Below are positions 47,633 to 55,618 of a DNA stretch of 64,000 bases, piece by piece (within the stretch, counting starts at the first letter, position 1; each line of letters opens with the position of its first letter). This DNA comes from a virus (taxonomy: Duplodnaviria; Caudoviricetes): positions 16,404-80,403 of the IMG/VR virus record IMGVR_UViG_3300009103_000014; one strand, given 5' to 3'. A program made the position numbers and the translations under genes. Below the pieces are notes generated by a model. The model ran no database searches. It was given only the letters and a program-made list of their open reading frames with translations, and was not told the origin of the DNA.

Positions 47633-47965
47633 ATGACCAGGCCTGTATGTATAACTTGTAATGCTCCAGCGGCAATAAATTACAAAAGAAAAGGAAAAAT
47701 TTACTATCGTAGATTTTGTGATAGCTGTGTGCGACAAACTAAAAAACCTAATCCTTTTAAAGTACACGGATTTATTAAAAAAGACACTTGCGATCACTGT
47801 GGATACAAAAGTAAATATCCTGATAGTTTTTTAATTTATTATTTAGATGGAAATAAAAGTAATACTAGAATGTCTAATCTTAAAACTATTTGTCAGAATT
47901 GTAAAGTGGTTCTAAGTCGGACCGGGTGGAGTAAGATTGCTGGTGATCTAACACCTGATCTATAG
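47633..47965 (+). CDS. Zn-binding protein with a degenerate HNH endonuclease domain
   Basis: Four CxxC pairs; YYLDGNKSN...NL.TICQNC, with Tyr where HNH usually has His. Confidence 0.75.
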   Translation: MTRPVCITCNAPAAINYKRKGKIYYRRFCDSCVRQTKKPNPFKVHGFIKKDTCDHCGYKSKYPDSFLIYYLDGNKSNTRMSNLKTICQNCKVVLSRTGWSKIAGDLTPDL

Positions 47966-48569
47966 AGTGATATAACGTTTCAATAGTATCTTTATTTGTA
48001 AGTAAAATATCAAAATCCCAACCTGCCCAGCGCCATTCACTGCGATGAACATTTGGATGATTTTTTGCTACTGGGTTATCTTCTGGTGGGTTCGTATGTA
48101 GCTTATTAAGTTTTCCTGCCATCTTCCAATACTCGGGTTCTTTATCTCGCCACACTTCCCAAGTATACCCTTTAAGCCCTTTAACCATTTCAAGTTCATT
48201 AAAGAATCTACAATCAGGTATTACAAAGTTTTTACTAGGATTTTCTAGTATTTGTTGTTTAACTAAACTAACCCAAATACCATCAAAAAATCCTCGTCTT
48301 AAACATTCAGTTCCATATAACTGTAATACAAGTCTAGGTGTTATTTCTCTGCCTGTTTCGTTGGACCAGTATTCGTCTACTGTTTCTCTAAATTCTCTTG
48401 ACTCAACTGTATCGCCTTCAAGTAGTGCTCTATCCCAGCCAAACAAAGTTGATACACCATCCTTTAATCTATCAGCAAAACTTAATTTTATAAAGTTATG
48501 GTTATCAACTAGGTAGTCAGCTACAGTTCCTTTACCTGATCCAATTAACCCACATATTCCTATAATCAT
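47886..48569 (-). CDS. Deoxynucleoside monophosphate kinase (T4 gp1-like)
   Basis: GLIGSGKGT, SFAD.LK, TPRLVLQ..GTE, IPDCRF.NE and H.SE. Confidence 0.9.
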   Translation of the reverse strand: MIIGICGLIGSGKGTVADYLVDNHNFIKLSFADRLKDGVSTLFGWDRALLEGDTVESREFRETVDEYWSNETGREITPRLVLQLYGTECLRRGFFDGIWVSLVKQQILENPSKNFVIPDCRFFNELEMVKGLKGYTWEVWRDKEPEYWKMAGKLNKLHTNPPEDNPVAKNHPNVHRSEWRWAGWDFDILLTNKDTIETLYHSIDQVLDHQQSYSTRSDLEPLYNSDK

Positions 48570-48575
48570 ACTTGT

Positions 48576-48605
48576 ATTATACTATAAACACAAGTTGGTT
48601 GTCAA
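48576..48605 (-). promoter_or_regulatory. sigma70-type early promoter, probably giving a leaderless dNMP kinase mRNA
   Basis: TTGACA-N18-TATAAT; ATG lies 6 nt after the -10 box. Confidence 0.75.
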
Positions 48606-48630
48606 GTTCTTTTTTTAATTAAATAATGGT

Positions 48631-49398
48631 ATGAACGAGCTTATTAAAAAAACTCAAACAGTACTTGTATACTGTCCAGGAATGGGAGGTGAATATATTG
48701 CTTGTATGAAAACTCCAAAATCATATAGACCAGACTTACTAACAAAACACGGTTTAATGACTTCGTTTACTGATACTAATAAATGGGTATCTTGTGGTTT
48801 TCCTAGAGAAGATTTTTTACGAGAAAGAGTAATGGGGTTACAAAGTTTATCAAAAGAATATACTCCTGAACAACGACTAACTTTTAAAACACAAAAAGAA
48901 GCATTTGATTATTTGTACAAAATAGGTTTAGATCCTCACAAAACTCCTCCCCATACAGAACCATTACTTAATAATGCTTGGTTAAGTGTACATTGGCATT
49001 ATGGATTATGGGAGGATCATTGGAAATGGGTTGATTGGGATAATGATAATTGGATCTATCATTGGGGTATATGCCATAATTGGAAATTTAAAAATAGAGA
49101 CGAAGACTGGACTAAATTAGATGATATTAGTTATAATAATGCTAACAATAACCCTAACTGGCTTCATGATCATATTAACTGGTTTAGATTACAAACAACT
49201 CGCTATAAAGAATATTTTAATAAGCACTTTCCTAACAATGGATTTAATATAGACAGAAAAGATGGCGAGTTAATTGATTATAAAGGATGGGCAAGAAATA
49301 ACCTAAAAGCACTTGAGGGTCAAGACTTTTACAAACAAGGGTTAGTACCAGATTATTATTTAAAAAAATTTAAAAGTGTAATTGATCAAACAACGTAA
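48631..49398 (+). CDS. Hypothetical protein, paralog of 830..1546
   Basis: VLVYCPGMGGEY and WKWVDWDN.NWIYHW; TAAATA 5 nt before the ATG. Confidence 0.7.
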   Translation: MNELIKKTQTVLVYCPGMGGEYIACMKTPKSYRPDLLTKHGLMTSFTDTNKWVSCGFPREDFLRERVMGLQSLSKEYTPEQRLTFKTQKEAFDYLYKIGLDPHKTPPHTEPLLNNAWLSVHWHYGLWEDHWKWVDWDNDNWIYHWGICHNWKFKNRDEDWTKLDDISYNNANNNPNWLHDHINWFRLQTTRYKEYFNKHFPNNGFNIDRKDGELIDYKGWARNNLKALEGQDFYKQGLVPDYYLKKFKSVIDQTT

Positions 49399-49550
49399 TT
49401 TACTTTCTGGTCATGGTAACATTTTTTACCACAATGTGGACAAAATAATTCTTTTGGAACCCACTTATCCATAGTAGCAATAGACCAAAATCCAGTACAA
49501 CTTTTACAAGTAAAATGCCAAATTATTTCTTTGGTTGTTTCGATTTGAAA
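49386..49550 (-). CDS. Small Zn-ribbon ORF lacking a canonical start, in frame after the gp13 stop
   Basis: Not in the ORF track. FQIETTKEIIWHFTCKSCTGFWSIATMDKWVPKELFCPHCGKK...; two CxxC motifs; fills the gap. Confidence 0.6.
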   Translation of the reverse strand, partial: FQIETTKEIIWHFTCKSCTGFWSIATMDKWVPKELFCPHCGKKCYHDQKVNYVV

Positions 49551-50312
49551 TTATCCTATAACAAAACTTAAAGGAGTACTACCTTCTTCGTAGTTATGTA
49601 GAGACGCTTCTAATTTCTCTATTAGTGCCGACGCTTCTTGTTTTAAAGCATCACCATTCATAGTAGTACCACCTTGTGGACCGGCTATTGTGGCAAATTT
49701 GCTTCTAGCTTCACCAAGCATATACATACAATGAGCTTTTGTATAATCATATATCCAAGGTTGGCTTCTATGATCTTTTAAAAGTGTTACATCTGGTTTA
49801 TGATTATACAACCAAAGTAACACACTTTCACCTGATTCAGGTACTTTTCTAACTATTGTAAGTTTTTTAGATACAGGATTAAAAGTAAAATTAATAAATC
49901 CACCAAACATTCTAGCAGTTAATTCTTGATATTGACTAAACAATTCATACGTTGCTAAACCACCTACTCGTCCTGCCTGCATTAAGTAAACATTAACATA
50001 GCCTGCTTCAAATGGTTCAAATTGATTAGCACCATCGCCCTGACTAGAACCAATAGTTCTACGAAATACTTGTCTTACTTCAGTTACTATACTAGGTAAT
50101 GTGTATTCTTGAGTTTCTTTTATTAGCTCTAAAAAGCCATAACTTTCTTCTACGCTATTTGAACTTCGTTGACGATATACAGCCGTTGCTTTTTTAAAAG
50201 CTATATTATAATGTTCTGGATCTAACTCCACATCAACCATACCATCGCCTAAGCTAAAGCGTACATAATCAATTAGTTTTGTTTTTTCAGTCTGTAGTTC
50301 TGTGTCAGCCAT
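49551..50312 (-). CDS. gp13: Neck/head-tail adaptor protein (T4 gp13-like)
   Basis: LGDGMVDVELD, WIYDY..A...LGEARSKF..IAGPQGGTTMNG and PLSFVIG; TAAATA at 50337-42. Confidence 0.85.
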   Translation of the reverse strand: MADTELQTEKTKLIDYVRFSLGDGMVDVELDPEHYNIAFKKATAVYRQRSSNSVEESYGFLELIKETQEYTLPSIVTEVRQVFRRTIGSSQGDGANQFEPFEAGYVNVYLMQAGRVGGLATYELFSQYQELTARMFGGFINFTFNPVSKKLTIVRKVPESGESVLLWLYNHKPDVTLLKDHRSQPWIYDYTKAHCMYMLGEARSKFATIAGPQGGTTMNGDALKQEASALIEKLEASLHNYEEGSTPLSFVIG

Positions 50313-50339
50313 TTGTGTTTCCTACTTTAATAGTAGTAT

Positions 50340-51599
50340 TTAGCTCGTTAGCAATAGGATTGTTTCAGGATTAATACGGCCGTTTAGTTTGATTTCTGTA
50401 ACTTTAAGGCCTTCAAAAAACTTTTTACGCTGTATTTTACCACACTTCTTAAATTCAGCTAGTTGTTCTGCTGGCTTTCTTAGTGTTTTACAAACACTTT
50501 CATCTTCTTTAAAGCCAGTAATTGTAGTACCTTTAACACTTAATCCTGTTCCATCACGTTTTTGATGTAATGGATCTAGGTTAGATGCTACATATTTTCC
50601 TAGCTTTCTAGTTTTAGTATTATAAACCCAAAGCATTTCAGACTTAATAATATCAATAGGGTTAATACTAACAAGAGTTGTTTTTTCGTCTTGTAGTTTA
50701 TATTTTATTTTAGTTACTAGTTTTTCAGCACTTTTTGGTTTTACTTTACGAGATTTCCTATTAACTTTAGCGTCAGCAATAAGCATATCACAAGCATCTA
50801 CAATTAATTTATAAGCACCGTATCTAGTTTGTATTTCTTCTTTAGTAAAACATTCAAAGCTCTCATCAAGTTGAGCTCTCCAATCAAGCTCTTGCTCTGT
50901 CATTTTTGCTTTTTCTTTTGCTTTTGGGGGATTAAGCAATTCATGTAATTCATCATAACCTGGTTTATAAAAGCCTTTAATAATTTTAGCGTGGTTTCCT
51001 TTACATTGATGATTCTGTAACCATTTTAAAGGTTTAAATGTTGTTAAATTAATAACACTATCATCAGCTTCTATAACATCATCTATCTCTTGTGTCATTT
51101 TAATAGCCGCCTGATATAATCTTTGTTGTATAGTTGGCTGATAAAAGATAGATTTTTTTGCGTCTTCTTTTTTCTTTTTCTCAACAAGAACCTTACCTTG
51201 TTCAATTCCTTTTGATATTTGGATTTTAACCCATTCAGTTGCTGGTTTAATATTTCCCATAGTTCCTGCTAACGTTTGCCAATGATCATCTTCCTTTTGA
51301 TTAAAGTCTGGCATTCCGTTTGTTAGCATACGACAAGTTATATGTGTTGTAGTACCTATAACATATGAAGGGACAGCTTTAACACATTTAATTTCTTCTT
51401 TACTATAACCATTATTTTCCATCCACTCATATGTATGAGTGGAAAGTTCGTCTGGTTTAAACGTTTGGTAATACCACGAATGTATAGAATCTCTAAATCG
51501 ATGGTATTGTTGACCGTCCATATCTTCCCAACCTTCCCATGTAGGTTCGTTACTTTTCTCTTTTTTTGTGATACGACGTGCTTTACGTTTGATAGCCAA
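50340..51599 (-). CDS. Phage hypothetical protein (early promoter)
   Basis: 419 aa with AGGAG RBS; LWVYNTKTRKLG.Y, KTLRKP and NGRIN segments. Confidence 0.75.
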   Translation of the reverse strand: MAIKRKARRITKKEKSNEPTWEGWEDMDGQQYHRFRDSIHSWYYQTFKPDELSTHTYEWMENNGYSKEEIKCVKAVPSYVIGTTTHITCRMLTNGMPDFNQKEDDHWQTLAGTMGNIKPATEWVKIQISKGIEQGKVLVEKKKKEDAKKSIFYQPTIQQRLYQAAIKMTQEIDDVIEADDSVINLTTFKPLKWLQNHQCKGNHAKIIKGFYKPGYDELHELLNPPKAKEKAKMTEQELDWRAQLDESFECFTKEEIQTRYGAYKLIVDACDMLIADAKVNRKSRKVKPKSAEKLVTKIKYKLQDEKTTLVSINPIDIIKSEMLWVYNTKTRKLGKYVASNLDPLHQKRDGTGLSVKGTTITGFKEDESVCKTLRKPAEQLAEFKKCGKIQRKKFFEGLKVTEIKLNGRINPETILLLTS

Positions 51600-51679
51600 T
51601 TTTATCTCCTGTGTAATGCTTATATAGTAACATTATTAAAATTAGGGTTATTTCTGTCAGGGTTTCTGTTTATTGTATG

Positions 51680-51718
51680 ATTATAATGTCTTCTTCGAAA
51701 CTTGTCAACCGATAAATA
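51680..51718. promoter_or_regulatory. Early promoter (minus strand) back-to-back with a late promoter (plus strand)
   Basis: TTGACA-N17-TATAAT at 51708-51680; TAAATA at 51713-18. Confidence 0.8.
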
Positions 51719-51744
51719 ATACTATCGTAGAATAGGAAAAAAAT

Positions 51745-52896
51745 ATGCCCAGAATCTCAATGTGGAAAGAGAATAAAGGACTTGATTACAGCTTTCATGA
51801 CAATAGAATCAGTGAAATGTTCACTATTGGCGGAACTGGTGTTAATATCCACAAATATTTAGGTACTTTTGAACAAGCGGCTGGTGATGCCACACAACCT
51901 AAATATGACACTATTACTGAAAATCGTATACAAGATTTACTATTCTTAGAAAACAGAGATCGTAAGTATGATCAAACAATATATCAATTAAGAGGTATTT
52001 ACAACGTACAAGATATTGATTTTGATTTAACACAGTTTGGTTTATTTTTAGCTAACGATACACTTTTTATAAACTTCCATATGCAGAATATGGTGGAAAC
52101 ATTAGGTAGAAAACTAATGAACGGTGACGTTTTAGAGTTACCACACTTAAAAGAATTCTACCCATTAGATACAGATTTACCTACAGCACTAAGAAGATAC
52201 TATGTTGTACAAGATGCGAGTAGATCCGCTGAAGGGTTTAGTCCTACTTGGTATCCTCATTTGTGGAGATGTAAATGTACACCACTAGTTGATGCTCAAG
52301 AATATAGAGATATACTTGGTGATGCTAGTGAATCAAATAGTTTAAAAAATTTACTATCTACATACAAACAAGAATTAGAACATAATAACGCTATTATTGA
52401 ACAAGCAGAAAAATATGTTCCTAAAACAGGTTATGATACAGAAAAATTTTACATCATTCCTACAAAGAACGACGGAACAGCGGCTGATCCAAAAGGTAAT
52501 ACCGCAGATGATACTAATATTAAAGCTAGTTCAACTACTCACGAAACAAGTAGTACATTGGTTAGTCCAAGTGGTGAAGGTTGGGGCAAAGGTTACTTAA
52601 CTGGTGATGGTTTAGCACCAAATGGATTTCCTGTTACTCCTGGAATAGTATTTCCATCCAATCCTATCGAAGGCCAATATGTATTAAGACTTGACTATAT
52701 GCCAAATAGATTATTTAGATATGATGGTGCTAGATGGGTTAAAGTTGAAGATGCTGTTAGAACAAAATTAGATGGAACTGGAGATAGACATCATGATTCA
52801 TTTATTAATAACACAGGAACATACATTGACAATAAAGGCAATAAGAAATCTGGCAGAACTGGATTAAGTAAAGCACTTGAGCCGGAGGAAGATTAA
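51745..52896 (+). CDS. gp14: Neck/head-closure protein (T4 gp14-like)
   Basis: IQDLLFLENRDRKYD, LTQFGLFL and GDVLELPHL; precedes the gp15-like gene. Confidence 0.75.
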   Translation: MPRISMWKENKGLDYSFHDNRISEMFTIGGTGVNIHKYLGTFEQAAGDATQPKYDTITENRIQDLLFLENRDRKYDQTIYQLRGIYNVQDIDFDLTQFGLFLANDTLFINFHMQNMVETLGRKLMNGDVLELPHLKEFYPLDTDLPTALRRYYVVQDASRSAEGFSPTWYPHLWRCKCTPLVDAQEYRDILGDASESNSLKNLLSTYKQELEHNNAIIEQAEKYVPKTGYDTEKFYIIPTKNDGTAADPKGNTADDTNIKASSTTHETSSTLVSPSGEGWGKGYLTGDGLAPNGFPVTPGIVFPSNPIEGQYVLRLDYMPNRLFRYDGARWVKVEDAVRTKLDGTGDRHHDSFINNTGTYIDNKGNKKSGRTGLSKALEPEED

Positions 52897-52898
52897 TA

Positions 52899-54317
52899 AT
52901 GAAAACTTTTTTCTATGATGAACAAATTCGCAGATTTATTTTACAATTTGTTAGAATGTTCTCACATTATCAAGTAGAATTTGGTAAAGGGAGAGACGGT
53001 ACTGTAACACTTTATCAAGTACCAGTACGTTATGGTGATGCTAGTAGACAAGCGTCAGCTATTATGAAACATAATAGTGAAAACGGTATTCCTACTTCAC
53101 CTCTTATAACTGTTTATATAAGTGACTTACAATATGACAGGGATAGAATGCAACAACCAAGTCACGTTGACAAAATGCAGGTTCGTACAAGAGGCGTAGA
53201 CGAAAACACAGGAGCATATACTCAACAACAAGGTGAAGCATATACTATTGAACGTCCTATGCCTACACCATACAGACTACAAATGAATGTTGATATATGG
53301 ACAACTAATACAGAACAAAAATTACAATTATTAGAACAAATTTTAACTTTGTTTAATCCTGATTTAGAAATACAAAGTACAGACAATTACATTGACTGGA
53401 CTAGTTTAAGTTACGTTGAACTAACTAGTCAAACTTTTACAAGTAGAAGTATTCCTACTGGAACTGAAGACCAAATTGATATAGCAACATTAATTTTTTC
53501 AATGCCTATATGGTTGAGTTTACCTGCTAAAATTAAAAAACTAGGTGTTATTAGAAACATTGTTAGCGGTATACATGATAATTCAGGTACAATTAAAGAA
53601 TTAGATGTAGGATTATTATACGGTAGTAGAATAGCTGTTACTCCTCAAGGTTATGGTATAATATTACTAAATGGTCAAGCACAATTAATTAGACAAGCAG
53701 ATGCTACTGAAACTGATCCTATTAAACTAACTAAAACACTTAATAAAAATAGAAAGAAACCAAGCTGGGCTACTGTTATTAATGACTTTGGTAAACTAAC
53801 AAATTTACAACAAGCTACACTTAACAACGGAACCAGTCAATTGAGAGTAGTACAAGAAATTGGAAGTACTACAGAAGTAATAGGTACTGTAGCACATCAT
53901 CCCACAGATGAAGATATATTATTGTTTAGTGTTGATGCTGATACTATACCTACAAATACGTTAGGAGCCATTGATGCTATTGTTGATCCTACTAAAAATG
54001 GACCAAGTTCAGGTTTAACAGCATCAGTAGAAGGACAAAGATACTTAATTATACAAGACATTGGTGCTGAAGGTAATACAGATGGTGCTGATGCTTGGAA
54101 GGGTGCTAATAACGAAGATTTGATAGCATCAGCGAACGATATTATAGAATATAAGAGCAATAAATGGCAAGTAGTTTTTGACTCGTCAACAATGAAAACC
54201 GATGTACACTATATGACAAATACAAAAACCGGAATTCAATATAAATGGGACGGATCGAAATGGATAAAAAGTTACGAAGGCGAATACGAAGCAGGGAAGT
54301 GGAGGCTAGTACTTTAA
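52899..54317 (+). CDS. gp15: Tail sheath stabiliser/terminator (T4 gp15-like) with a C-terminal extension
   Basis: FFYDEQIRRF, VPVRYG, P.PY.L and QLLEQIL.LFNP. Confidence 0.85.
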   Translation: MKTFFYDEQIRRFILQFVRMFSHYQVEFGKGRDGTVTLYQVPVRYGDASRQASAIMKHNSENGIPTSPLITVYISDLQYDRDRMQQPSHVDKMQVRTRGVDENTGAYTQQQGEAYTIERPMPTPYRLQMNVDIWTTNTEQKLQLLEQILTLFNPDLEIQSTDNYIDWTSLSYVELTSQTFTSRSIPTGTEDQIDIATLIFSMPIWLSLPAKIKKLGVIRNIVSGIHDNSGTIKELDVGLLYGSRIAVTPQGYGIILLNGQAQLIRQADATETDPIKLTKTLNKNRKKPSWATVINDFGKLTNLQQATLNNGTSQLRVVQEIGSTTEVIGTVAHHPTDEDILLFSVDADTIPTNTLGAIDAIVDPTKNGPSSGLTASVEGQRYLIIQDIGAEGNTDGADAWKGANNEDLIASANDIIEYKSNKWQVVFDSSTMKTDVHYMTNTKTGIQYKWDGSKWIKSYEGEYEAGKWRLVL

Positions 54318-54736
54318 ATAGTGTTGGTTGCTTATTCTGGGCTCGTAAAACAAACCGCTTTCTTTTTGTTTTAAGAGCTACTAAAACATATAAGTTTACA
54401 TGGGCCTTAGTAGGTGGTAAAGTTGATAGTGGTGAAACTGTTTATCAAGCTATGTGTAGAGAAATAGAAGAAGAACTTGGTTCGTTACCTGACATAATTA
54501 AAACAATTCCTATAGAAAAATTCACTCATAAAAAAAATAAATTTGTTTATGAAACATTTGTAAACATAATCGAAGAAGAATTTATTCCTAAACTAAATTG
54601 GGAACATACAGGCTATGCTTGGGTTGGCATTGATCACTTTCCTAAACCATTACATCCAGGTTTATATCAAACTCTTAATATTGATGCTATTGGTGAAAAG
54701 TTAAAAGTATTAATTAATCAGTATAATATTACATAG
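54245..54736 (+). CDS. NUDIX hydrolase
   Basis: Nudix box GGKVDSGETVYQAMCREIEEELG; true start may be GTG 54299. Confidence 0.9.
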   Translation: MGRIEMDKKLRRRIRSREVEASTLNSVGCLFWARKTNRFLFVLRATKTYKFTWALVGGKVDSGETVYQAMCREIEEELGSLPDIIKTIPIEKFTHKKNKFVYETFVNIIEEEFIPKLNWEHTGYAWVGIDHFPKPLHPGLYQTLNIDAIGEKLKVLINQYNIT

Positions 54737-55484
54737 ACCCAATGTCTAATTCACTTGTAAATTCTCTATAAGACATTTTTCTTAAATTTTTATACCAATT
54801 AAAATCATCTGGGTATCTAGCAGGGTTATTATCAACTAAAGTAAATGATACATCTGGATATGCTCCAAATATTTGACACATATTCCTCTCCCATTTGACA
54901 CTAGATGTTGAATGTTGTTGTGGATTATAATGAGGTGTTCCGGCATATAAATTATTATTATATCCTTCACCACCATTTTGTCCATCAAAGCCTACCATGT
55001 AAATATTTTTATGATTATCAAAAGCCGCAAGATACAAAGCAATACATCCAGCGTTCATTCTTACATTATTTGGAACCAAATGAAACTTTCCTGGGTTTTC
55101 TAAGCAACTTGTGGCAGAAGAGTAAACTATGTTCTCATCAGCAAATGGTATTTCATAAAATTCTGTGCTATTAGCAATTTCATCAACCATACCTTTACCA
55201 GTTGCTACTAAAAAATCTGGTTTAAATTCTCTAGATAAAGCGTTACAGCCATACGTTTGGCAAGCCATGGACCCTAATAGTCCACCTCTATGTCCTTTTA
55301 ATAAGTCGTGTCTGAAGGTTTTTCTACTTTCGCCATTACCAATAACTACAGCATATCCTAAATGAGTGTCATTAAATACTGTTCTTGGTATCCATTCTCT
55401 AGTTTCTTGACGTTTTCCAGCCTCATATTTTACTGAGGTTATAAAAAACTCACCTTCATAGTCGTTGGATGTTTTTCCTAGCAT
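54729..55484 (-). CDS. Rossmann-like protein resembling DUF115/MAF or sialyltransferase-like transferases
   Basis: AVVIGNGESR, YGCNAL.R.F.PDFLV, NAG..ALYLA and IYMVGFD. Confidence 0.6.
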   Translation of the reverse strand: MLGKTSNDYEGEFFITSVKYEAGKRQETREWIPRTVFNDTHLGYAVVIGNGESRKTFRHDLLKGHRGGLLGSMACQTYGCNALSREFKPDFLVATGKGMVDEIANSTEFYEIPFADENIVYSSATSCLENPGKFHLVPNNVRMNAGCIALYLAAFDNHKNIYMVGFDGQNGGEGYNNNLYAGTPHYNPQQHSTSSVKWERNMCQIFGAYPDVSFTLVDNNPARYPDDFNWYKNLRKMSYREFTSELDIGSM

Positions 55485-55565
55485 ACTATTAATTATCTTC
55501 CTATGGGGGGTATTGTAAATGTATTTATTATTAAGGGTTTTTGAGTATTAAATAAAATGGTCCAT

Positions 55566-55597
55566 AAAAAAAGGGCGACCCTAAAGCCGCCCTCTTT
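55566..55597 (-). terminator. Rho-independent terminator
   Basis: Minus strand AGGGCGGC-TTTAGG-GTCGCCC followed by T7, after the fibre gene. Confidence 0.88.
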
Positions 55598-55618
55598 AAA
55601 ATTTCAATTGTTTTTGGC

